Shown here: one piece after another, positions 47,378-59,600 of the stretch
How positions within the stretch are numbered: position 1 is the stretch's first letter
Layout: every line of letters starts with the position of its first letter
NCBI RefSeq assembly: GCF_023055435.1
Contig: NW_025963779.1
Location: forward strand, 36,642,001-36,706,000
DNA: 64,000 nucleotides
Reading direction: 5' to 3'
Source of the DNA: Haliotis rufescens
Lineage: Eukaryota
Program-made: the position numbers and the translations under genes
Notes under the pieces: model-generated
The model's database searches: none
Seen by the model: only the letters and a program-made list of their open reading frames with translations
Told to the model about the DNA's origin: nothing

Positions 47378-49343
47378 TATTGCAGTTACTGATAGAAGTG
47401 ACTCACTCAAGCTGCATTGTATTGACCTTGCATAGCTCTATCACTTATTGGTATTTCTGGGCTGGGAACATCATATTGCACTTTCCAGGATCAAGGAATG
47501 AATGTTACTTGTTGGGGATGTGAATTCAAGGATTATGAAATGGACATACTATATTTGATAGAGGAGATTCATTTCCCCACACAAGTGATGAGACAAGCTG
47601 TAAACAACTGTAGCTAAACAAAACCCAATATTATGATTAAGTAGGAGCATGCATGTATACAGTTTTAAAAGAAAACATATATAGGATATGCTACAACAAC
47701 TAAAATCATTTCCAAGATCAGTACGCATGTATGATAGAGGTGTGCCTCACTGTAGAAATAACTCCAACTCAGTCAACAAAACACATCACTTATTGGGACA
47801 ATTTGAAATTACCTGAACCACATCCTTGTCTTAAAGATCAGGACTGTGTCCCCTGCCGTGATATTGCTGGAATATTGCTAAAAGCGGTGTAAAACCATAC
47901 TCACTCCCTAAAGATAAGGACCTCTTCATATTGATATATACAAGTACTATCAGCACTCTCCTAAATCGAATGAGTTTCAAAGTTCAGCATTAGAACACAG
48001 TAATTCATAAACTGTGTTGAACATTTCGGGGAAAAAACAAACCATTTGGCAGGAAAATTCAGTTGAAATATAACTTGCCATCAAGTCAAATTAAATTTGA
48101 CTTTTAGCTACTTACAAAATGTTAACAATACCGGAAATTAAAAGTTTGAGGCAACATTTCCAGTTTTCAATACTGACTATTATACAAGCATACTATCATC
48201 TTCTAAAGCCAGGATTGATGCTTTAATTCCAGCATCTCCTAATGAAGGATCAATTCAGTCTTCCATTGAAATCACAGATGAAGTTATTTCCTCCAGAAAA
48301 ACACTGCCATTCATAGTCCAATTTGTCTGTCTGTAAAATGATATAGTTGTGTGTAAATACATCAAACTCATACAACCACAGGTAGACAAAACAAACATAA
48401 TGAGAAAATGAAATTAAATATACAATAAGATGTAAAACTGTACAAACTGATATGCAAAAGGAATATGCTAACAAAATTGTAAAGGTTATAAACAAACATA
48501 AAGAGGACAAGAAACAGCTTCCAAGATTGTTGTATCCATAGCGGATACACAGAAGTCAGTTTGGTTTCATTCATTATTGCCAAACTTTATCAGAAATCGC
48601 AGACTTGGTGGAAAGAAAAGAGCATCTGTTCTCCAAATATTTATCTTAAATAAAATTTGTAAAAACTAAAAAGTTAAAAGACCTCTTTATAAAAATTGTT
48701 CACAAAAACATGATAATATTTAAGGAGAATTGAAGACTCCAATAGAACAATTTGACAGTAGTCATAACATTCTACTGAACTTCAGAACTTGGGTTATCAT
48801 GGTTATCATGGTGGGGTGTATCAGCATTTGTTTGGCACAATAATACTACAGTTATGCTCATGATAAACACAAAATGATCGCATAAGGCTATGATGAAGAG
48901 ATTTTCACTCTTTTCTTTCCAGACATATAACTTTTTTCTTCTTGAATTCCGGAACAGAATCTTATTTCCACAGACTCTCTCTCAAAAATACCTGAACCTC
49001 TGACGTTCAAATATATAAGTGAGTGTTTTATGACGCTTTGAACAGTATTTCATACATATCCCACCATGTCTGTTTGATACAGAAGGAAAGCCTGAAGTGG
49101 TGCAGGCTGTAGACATTTACCACTTAGTCTGACAAACCAAGGACCACACTCCTTGTGAATCTGGGATACGAATCCACAATCACAGGCATTCTTCAGTGCC
49201 TTGGACAGCCAGGCCATCCATGCCTCTGGTCAAACATAAAGACTGTTGATACTAAACTGAACAGACAATTTAACATATCATGACTCAGCTGCAGCCTACA
49301 CTGGAAATATTATGGCATACATTACTGTGGTCACTGTCACTAA

Positions 49344-49921
49344 TGCCTCAGTCACATTTGCGCTATGGCAGCGGCTGCAGAGGATCTGCGGTGGCCTCAG
49401 GGTCGCCCTAGGACGTATGATAATCTTTCAGGGGCCGTTGGGGTTGCTGTGGGAATATAGCGCGGAGTTATAACTTTTTTAATTTCTGTGTTCGCTGTAG
49501 CAATTAGACAAATAGACATGCCGTAGCCATGCTGTAGAGTGGTTCCACGGCGACCATACGTCAGGCGTATGGTGGCCTTGCATTTGCCGTGCGGTTGCCC
49601 TGTGTAGCGGAAGCGTCAGTCTGGCCGCACAGTCGCTGTATGGTCCCTCTGCGGGCGCCTTGCAAGTGGCTTGTGTCTGCCTTGATATTTGCCCAAAACC
49701 TACGGCCGCCACAGGGATGCTCTAAGTGCATAATCACTTCAAAGGCCATACGGCAGCCGCAGGTTTACTGTCTCCACAAATTCAAAATACGCCATGCGGC
49801 TAACCTAACATTTGTGAGTGCTGCAGTATGTGACTGTGGGAATGCTGCAGCAGCCCTATAATTGCTATTGGCCGTAGATATTTTAGACCCCATGGCCGTG
49901 GCGGCAGATGTGACAGAGGCA
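49344..49921. mobile_element. PIF/Harbinger-like MITE, TAA TSD
   Basis: TIR TGCCTCAGTCACAT / ATGTGACAGAGGCA flanked by TAA on both sides; GC-rich body. Confidence 0.72.
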
Positions 49922-51193
49922 TAATACTTTGACATCTTAATCAAGTCAAAGAGTTAAAGAACAAACTTAGTTTCCAGTTCCTCCCAAGATTTATATGCAG
50001 TCACAATAATTTAATTTTGTATTGTTATTTAAAAAGAATAGCAGTAAGAGTTTTGTCATTGAATAATCACACACCATGTCAACTGTAATATATGAGTACA
50101 TTTCACTCCAGTAGTGTTGAAACAACAGTTGATCACACACAAAGTCGATATCTCCCTGATATAAACACTGGTTCCACTGTGTTGTATTGCCTCTGGAGTA
50201 AGTGACACATAAAGCATGCTCATGTTATTTTGGGTATGTATCCATCAAGTGTATCAATACTGTTCACAGCAACATTGCAAAGCAACTATTGCTCATTGAA
50301 ATATTCACAAAACAAAAATAAGGTGCATCGTTTTGACACAGATGCTTCAAACTTTCCTGATAAGAAAGAGCTAAGTACATTCATTAATTTTACACATAAT
50401 CTGCAATGTAGGACATGCATACAATTTGTTGACCTTCACCTTGATATACCATAAATGGACATACACTTTTCACTGGTACAACTTGTGTCAACATGTGTCA
50501 GGCCTCTATTACTTTTGTTTGTGACCTTTCGTGCACCTTTCCCACGCACACACACACACTTCCCCATTTTGTTCTGTCCTGAAAATGTCTGTCAGTATAA
50601 GTTTATGTTAATCATTATGATAGCAATCAATAAACATAAACATCTTATGCAATAAATCAAATCAACATATGAATCATTAACTAAGCCATACACATGGACA
50701 AATGCAAAACAATCCTCTGTAATTTCTTCATCTAATCCACACTATTGGGCTCAAACATCTACAGTAACATACACCTTTGTTTGTCACAGCCTCACCCACA
50801 GAAAATTTACTGGTGAGAATTTTAGTAATCACTACAGCTGGAATGCTTCTTTGAATAAATTATAATGTCAAAAAAACATACAAGCAATACTCAAAACAAA
50901 ATATGGAAATTGTAAAACATGTGCATTAATATTTGCCCCAGTCAACCACCCTCTTTTGCTTATCAATTAGTATCATTAAACAATCTATGAAATACTAATC
51001 ATAAAGAGATATTAAGAATAATTCAACATCCACTGAAGTCTGCACAACAATCTCCCAAGCAATAAAGCCTTTAACCCTGATTCTGTTCAGATAAGCTTTA
51101 TCCTTAAATGTAACAACCTACTTTCATAATGGCTGCCTGGTCGGTACAATAGGCCTATCATAGAATGTTTCAATCTCATTCAAATCAGATCAT

Positions 51194-51602
51194 AGTTCTC
51201 TCTAGTGCTAAACAAAGATCTGAGGGCACCCCATTACGACTTTGCACGAACTTTGACCGACCAATGGAATGACTGATAATAGGAAGGCACCTTTCTCGCG
51301 CTTTACGTCACTAATATCAAAATGGCGACAACACTTCGAAACATATTTTGACAAATTCTCAATTAAAAATTGAAACCTGAACAAAAGAACATTCTGGAAT
51401 GTCTAATAGATGGTCCAGATTGTATGGATTCAGTCGTTAATCCGTTAACTATCGTTGGGAATACCCCGTGTTAAAGTTTCCAAGGATGCATGATTAGAAA
51501 CACATTACGACTGTCACTTTCATGATCCGGATGATCATGATCGTTTTGACGTGACCCCTTATGGGATGTCCTCAGATCTTTGTTTAGGGGTAGCGAGAAC
51601 TT
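51194..51602. mobile_element. Non-autonomous TIR element
   Basis: Long imperfect TIR (CTAAACAAAGATCTGAGG / CCTCAGATCTTTGTTTAG); related pieces at 61771-61938 and about 56190-56375. Confidence 0.6.
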
Positions 51603-52786
51603 AGATCTGATTTTAATGGGATTGATAATGTTACTGATACTAAACTGGAGATCTTCAAACACAAGGGTCACTACTATGCTTTGGGCCTGAGCTCGTTTGG
51701 GGGAGGGAATTTTGTTAAATGACCAGTTTCACCTGTTCACAGCAAGATCATTATAATTATGCCTATTCATTCACACATACATGTTATTATCCCAGTGTTC
51801 AAATCATCGTTCCAATGTACATTCAATTATATGCAGATCTCAACACAAAATAATGTCACTACTATACAATATTTTGTGCAGTCAGAGCCATCATAAATAG
51901 TCTTAAAAATTGTGTCAACAATACTGTTTTGTGTTGGATTAAAAATCCATTATCTATACTGAAGGAACTTATGTTATAAAATGTGAAATTGAAGGAGCAG
52001 TGATACCTGCATGAGTATCTTAAATGTCAAACAGTGGACAAGTATAAACATAAAGTCAGACAACAAAGAAAGTGTATCCAATACACCAAACAATGTAACA
52101 TGTAAAACGTAACTCAGACATCAGTTGGTTACATGCATCATTTGGCAAACAGCAGGAATACTGAAGTTTGAGAAACTTGCATGTTGCCTTTCATTTTTAA
52201 CGCTATGGCCACACCTGTGCAGGTGTGATAACGAGCCCACCTGCTTTACCAGTGACATGACCCTGACGACACACAACCGCGAGGTCAGCAGGAGAACATT
52301 GGGCGTTTCCTTGTTGCTCAGCAACAGGAAGAAGATTAGAATGACAAGCACATTTGTTAATTAGGGCTGTAAAAGTATCATCTTATTGCAATATTGTTCT
52401 TCCATATCATTGTCCAAAGCCAGTTGTTGAATGATGTGTAGTTTGAGAGTTCGCCTTCCTATACTATACACACTGGAGAAAGGTCCAACCTCAGTATTCA
52501 GAATATTTTCTTACAGTTGCCCCTAAACATGCAGTTCCAGCCTGCATATACCTGGACAGTTTCAGCCATCTCCACTTGGGTACCATGGATGCAACTTGGC
52601 TCTAGCCTGCTAGCCCGTGTCAGTTTGTCTGATGTGAAAGGCATCCTAAGGCAAGCAGAATTTTGCTCTTTAGGGGGTGTCCCAAAATGTTAGTATCAGT
52701 ACCTGGGATGATGATGTTTCGGGTTTAGTTGCATCCCTGCATGTATCCATGGTTTCAATTTGTGCCACAGTCAAACAAACCTTGTT

Positions 52787-53332
52787 AAACCATCATTGAC
52801 ACCACATTGTCAAGCTTTAGTTTAAGACAAATGCTCAAACCAAGATTGACACTATTTTGTCAAGCCCTGGTATAAGACATACAGTCAAGCCATGATTGAC
52901 ACCATATTGTCAAGCAATAGTTTAAGACAAATGCTCAAACCATGATTGACACCATATTGTCAAGCTATAGTTTAAGACATATAGTTAAACCATGATTTAC
53001 ACCATATTGTCATGCTATAGTTTAAGACATACAGTCAAACCATGACTGACACCATATTGTCAAGCTATAGTTTAAGACATATAGTTAAACTATGATTGAC
53101 ACCATATTGTCATGCTATAGTTTAAGACATACAGTCAAACCATGATTGACACCATATTGTCAAGCTATAGTTCAAGACATACAGTCAAACCATGATTGAC
53201 ACCATATTGTCAAGCTATAGTTTAAGACATATAGTTAAACCATGATTGACACCATATTGTCAAGCTATAGTTTAAAACATATAGTTAAACCTAGAGTGAC
53301 ACCATATTGTCAAACCATGGTTTAAAACATAT
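52787..53332. repeat. 50-bp tandem array, about 11 copies (AAACCATGATTGACACCATATTGTCAAGCTATAGTTTAAGACATACAGTC)
   Basis: Direct periodicity; internal TTGACA...TGTCAA inverted repeat. Confidence 0.9.
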
Positions 53333-53642
53333 GTCACCCATGCGATCAAAGCATGGTTTAGATCAATTTGTTAAAACCATGATTCCTACCGCGTGAATTA
53401 AACCAAAAGGTATATATAATAATATATACAAGGTTAATATTCCAGGTGTACACCTCATGTTTGTATAATGATTTACACAAATGGTTTACAGACACTGTTT
53501 AAACCACACAATGTTAACATCGCATATACCACAGGGGTTTCTCATTTAGTTAATACAAGATGGTCTACATTTGGCTTACACACGCTGGAAGACAACGCAA
53601 TACTTCCACTCTTCCTGTTTTCTGTTGGTTTCAGCGATAATA

Positions 53643-56600
53643 TCATATTGCTGAAATGCTATTTTTGATTGGTCGAACAAGCAGGAGCTCACTGCCTTGT
53701 GTGACGATGGGTAGATTATTTTGGCGGTGGTAGGTTATGAGATGTGTCACACTGTCAAATATGAAGTCTTTAGTTCTTACCTAGAAAACAAGAATATCAC
53801 AATAGTTAGCAATATATAGGTATGAGTAGATCTTATGTGAATACTAGAAACATTATTTTAACAGTCTCTTCTTTTTTTTTCCGTTGATCAGGATGGTGAT
53901 ACTAAAGTGTCCATTAATGTTTATCATGTTCTGCAGGACCTCGGACCCCCCTCCTCGATCATACAGCATATCGTATCTCCTTTGAATTATGATAAAAACC
54001 CTGGACCCATTCTCCACCAAAGCTTCGTTTTGAGTCCAGTTCAAATGACTTGACTAAAAGTATTCATCCAATCAAATTACATGATATCGATTTCAGGAAC
54101 TCCATACAGGGAAAGTAATGATAGCACAAGTACTTGACACATGTTATTATGAACCATCACAAATACAACTGGAAACCCATGGTAGCATAAGGACTACCTG
54201 TTTTATTTCTCAAGAAAATAAATATCTTTTCCTGCTAGTTTGTTTGATTTGTAACAAATCCTTATTTGAAATATAACAAGGCCACTATTTTGAATGTAGA
54301 TCTGTTTAGACTTCTTGTTTAGAAAGCCATTTTCATTGGTTGCAGATTCTGTAGGTTAGCGATAAGGGTGACAGAGACTGTGATGTCACTTCCGCAATGA
54401 GGCTTTAGTGGTGGATGGGGCAGGGTAGATATATATATATATATTAAAATGGAACTAAGATATAATAATATCCTGGATAATCGAGGATACAGAGCCCACT
54501 GAAAGAATGTCCTGGTCTAAGTTACCCTGGTCTAAGTGCCCCCACCCATGTCTAAGTGCCCCCACCCTGGTCTAAGTGCCCCCACCCTGGTCTAAGTGCC
54601 CCCACCCCCTTCCCTACAACTGATGCACTCACCACTCCCTCAGGGTCGACAAGAAGCAGATGTTTGACTTGTCCATTCTGTCTGCCACTCAGCACATACT
54701 GTCCAGGACTGTTACTGCTCTCTCGTACCAGGAAGTCCCCGTCATGCTCCAGTCGGTCTTCAGCCTGGAGGGACAAAAGTCACATTCTACTTTCTATCTA
54801 TAATGCTCATCACTGGGAATATTTGGCTACAGTTCACTGGTCTGGAAGGGAGTGCTCTGTTTGCTATCCACATGATTAGATATAACGGATCCTGGAGTTG
54901 GAAAAGCAGTGTTTTGTGGTGAGGCGTGCTACACACTTGTTGAAATGAAAACTACAGTAAAAGCATATACACACTAATGTTGAAAACCTACACTTTAAGA
55001 ACTCAATACAAGGACAAATTTGCAGTGTTTCCAAATTTCACACTATGTCTTGTCCAATAGATATTCTTTCTCACAGTTCAACAATGTTTGTTTGATTCAT
55101 AACTGTTGGATACATATACAAACTTACTTCAACTGTAAATATTATTGTTGATAGATCATAAGAAACATTTTACCAGTAAAATGAAATGAAAAAGTTAGTG
55201 TCTTAACTCCACAAGACAAACACACTATTTGAACAAACACAGATTGGACAACACTTGAAATTGGCACTTACCTGCTTCCTGCCAATGTTGCCATGGAACC
55301 ACTCTTCAAATATTGGTGGTGAGTTAACGGCGCCACCAGAGGGCTTCATGGCACCTGATGCTGGAACATTGTCTGTCACAGGAGACTTTGGCAGGTTGGA
55401 ATCAAACTGACCTGGAAAGGAGAAAATCAACAGATGAGGTCAGGATGTGTGTCTCTGCCTGAAAAGGTTTGGTCTGGAATGCTTTCTAAGTCAAATTCTT
55501 AATTTCAAACCTTCACAATAAAACACCATTATCAATACTTGCATAAAATTATTCTTGATACAGTAAAGGTCCTAATTTAATACTTTGTTTTGTTTTTCTA
55601 GATGGCCCGTTTATCACTACTGATTGAAAGCAAGCATTTACTGCAGTTTCCATATCTCATCAAAACCATACCTTTTACTCTCATATGATAACACTTTTTC
55701 CATACAGCCAATGAGTGCCAAGGCTTCTAAATCCTCAGCATATCTGATTTGTATATCTCGCAAATGAATATGATCAAGGAGTTCCAAATGCAAAAACAAA
55801 AGCCACTCTATAATATCATTGTGGATAATTCAAACACCCTGCCTTTCTGAGCGACATGGCATCTACACCCCAAGGGTTATACTCTGGAGGGCATGTATGA
55901 GCTCTGTCGCGGTTTTAGCTCTCCTGAAATGACCTTCTATGGATGTTTTGTCAGATCTTCATGCAGAGAAATCCTTTCGAGTAAAATATCTTATCTTAAT
56001 GATATTGCCAATTTCACAGCTTAGTCCCTGTGGGCACACAGGTGAAACAGCAGCACAATGTATTTAAAATCACATCTCAGTTCTCACAACACCTGAATAT
56101 TGAAAAGGGAAGTACTGGCACACAATTTCGACTATCTATTGGACATGCTAGATATTTTCTTTTGGTCATATTTCAAATATTAAAACAATATTTTTCAGAC
56201 GTAAAGTAACGTGAAATGGAAGTCGCCATTTTGAAACAAGTGCTAAAAAGCTTGAGAAAGCTGCTTTCTGATTGGCTGTCAACTTTGTTAGTCCTTCCAT
56301 TGGTCGGTCAAAGTTCGCAAAGGTTGTTCCGTAAAGAGACGTCTGAAGGTCTTTGTAGATCTTTAGCAAGCTCTAAGATGTCATTTTCATTGGAACTTGA
56401 GATTTTTTACAAAAACATGATTCAATCAGTGAATACTGCCAAAACATGCCTGGAAGATGAGTGGTACACAGAGGTAACGTTGAGGCAGATGTTCTACCTA
56501 CCCAGATTGAAAGGATCAGCTGCTTTTCCTCCTTCAATCATTTCTTCCATGACATTGTCTTTATTGTCATAGATGATGCCATTCTCCTTGTTGTCATACA

Positions 56601-59600
56601 CTGTGTCATCAAACATGCGGTCCGAGGCCGATGCTGCTCCTACACAACAACCAGTGACATAAAAATTTAGTCTTTGTTTTTGTATCTAAAATAGTTTGAC
56701 ATCTGGATTTTTAAAAAGGGGGGTTCTGCTAACCACAGGTGGAATTGCAAGTAAAAAGGGGTGGTACCCACTCTTCTAATGTACCCAACCCCTAAAAGCA
56801 GAGTGCAGAGGTGAAAGGATAAAGCTATGTACTGTACTGCTTTCAACAGTTCTTGTACATAAACCCCCCTTTTGTCCAGAATCCGTCAACCTCTACAGTG
56901 TCACCTAATTTCCTGATGACTAAAGTCGGAAACAAGTCATTTCATACTCATACACCATATTGGGATATCTGTAAATGGAGTCAGGAGGCATCTTATTTTA
57001 CATATAATATAGGTTTTAACTAGGGCTGGGACGAGTCCTAATTTACTACCTGGGTACTATCTCCCTATTACCCGACCCTCCCTGGGTACCCACTGTATGT
57101 CTTAAGAGATAGGTACAAAATGTTGGATTGGGAATCTTTTTACCATAGCCCTGGCAAAACGAGTACCCGAGTTACCCGAGTTACCCGTCCCAGCCCTAGT
57201 TTTAAACGAACATTTCAACTCTGGACATTAGTTGTCAACAGGTGTGATTATGTGCTGTTTGAATGTCTGTTAGGACTACGAAGGGACAGAAATGTAAGTT
57301 TTCTCCACTGTGCCACAGGGTACTGATAAATGTTTTAAAGTGCACCTACTAGAAGAATAATGTTCATCAATCATTGAACTCATTTCACCACGGCTGATGA
57401 TAAGCAGTTATAATTTTGAAAGTTTACCCCTTTCCTTTTCATTGAGACTAATGATTCCCTTATTCTGGTCATCATTTACCATATTAAAGGTGTTTGAAAG
57501 AATTATTCATGCGCACCTCAGTTCACGCCGTTGTACGCGAGTTTACAGTGACGATTTACCTCCCTTGACGCGCCCTGTCTTCTACATAATTGGTGGTAGA
57601 AGCAACGACATGTCCGTTTATGATTGTGGAAACCTGCAACATGTACCTTTGCTATCCTTCCCAAACATGAGCCAATAAGTAATTAAAAATAACTCTTCCA
57701 ATGCATCTCTGAATTTTCAGTGATTCAGTGGGAAAACAGTGTGTAGAGTTCCTACACATTATTTTATTAACTTGGCACATTTTATTCTCCTCCCTGAATT
57801 TCTAAAATATTCTTTCGTTCTGTTTTTGGTACAAGAAGCATCACTATTGGTGATTAATTAATTGCTATTAATGGATAAACAGAAAGCATTGTAGAACATC
57901 AAACATCATGTCATTTGAACAAATATAGCATGGAAAGGTATTAATCTTTTATGGTCACATGGTTTTATTGTTGTGACTTATGATATAAAATACAATGGTG
58001 ACTATGGTGTATTTAAGTTCAGAACGAAGGGAACACATCAGTGTTTGGGGGAAAAGGTACTGATGTCCATTGTGAGGATTATGAGAATATGCGGGAAATA
58101 GCAAACGTAACCCGTCTGTTCATAAAATGGACTTGTCTGACATTTCAGAGGTCGGATTCCATTCAGGGAGTGATCATTATTAAAATTTGGGTAAATATAC
58201 TTGTACATTTATCAACATCTTTAAAGAGTCTGTACATAATGTTGATGTCACATATAAGAAATAAACAACTAATGGTCATTGTTTATCATACAATTAAACT
58301 CTGGAGGGAGAATAAACCACTCGGGGCTGCACCCCTTGTGGTTTATTCTCCCCGCAGTGTTTTATTGCATGAAAAACAACGACTGCTCATTGTTATTTTA
58401 AAACAGAGTCTCTTGTTATAATTTATAAGGAATTTATAAGGAATATAGTCTGTCCTATCAGGGCAACATGGAATAACTGATGATGACAGCTGAGAAGTAA
58501 CAAGAAGTTGTTGCACCAACCTGTGTTGTCATACGTTGCATCTCTCAGATCTATCAGCTGCCCCTCATGCAGACCATTCTCCTTGCGGTCTTTCACCGAC
58601 GCATACAGACCAACCTGTACACAACAATTTATTCATTTCATTATAGTCAAACTACAAGTTGTTCAAACTGAGATTTAAACCTTTTTTAATATCAATAATT
58701 GACTATAATTCTCAGAGCTCCAGATAAGCTTTTGGTGTTGTGGGTATTTTACCCATGCATTTTAAAATCATTGGGTATCATTAATTCTATCTGGGTATTC
58801 AAATTTCTGTTACCCACCAGTTTTTACACATGTGGGTATTGAAGTTAAATATTTAAAAACACTATTCATCTAGTCCCTGCAAACTGGTGTCGTGTGGGTT
58901 CGAGAGCTTTATAGGACTCAAAAATACCACGATACTTCCACAAGAAAGTGTGATGGCAAATGATCATGATGTAACTGTCATCATGGAGTTTGGCAAGGTT
59001 GACGGAATGCCTGTTTATAATTTCAAAATAAGTTGCTGATTTGCTAATTGAATACGCAGGATTACTTCACAATATTTTGATGATACGCACAAGTTTTATT
59101 TTTGTAGTGAATCTGTAATGTTCGTTGCGTATTTGATACGCTTGTATTTCATTTTACTGCATATTTCTGCATTTCTGATGCGTATTTTACGCAGATACGC
59201 AGCTTATCTGGAGCTCTGAATTCTTGTTCTTACAGGATAATATCTGTTTAAATAGAAATGAATGTATCATAGATATCTTTCCAAATATATCGAAACATGA
59301 ATTATTGTGCACTCACCGGTACATTGGTAGGAGACTTGTACTCTGGGACAGGGGGGACTTCAGGGATAGGGGGTGAGGGGGGACACGCCCCAGGGTGGTC
59401 ATTGTAGTATTCCTCTTCATCACCCCATTTGCTGTTGTCAAAACTAGGATTCTCTTGCCTAAAAACATACAGCTCTGCTATCATATCAATTAACATTGCT
59501 ATATCAAATTAATTTCAGACATCTTATTTCCCACTGTTTTCACTTAAACTATAACTGGGACCTACTATTTCCTTTCCCGTTTCTTATCAATGAAATGATC

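Noticed and set aside
46881-47435. Repetitive ORFs (RFKDDTHAS)n
   Set aside because: Artefacts of a 27-bp tandem repeat, with no splice or coding context.
52787-53332. Second hammerhead-like array (minus strand contains CTTGACAA)
   Set aside because: No GAAA after the hairpin and no NUH junction.
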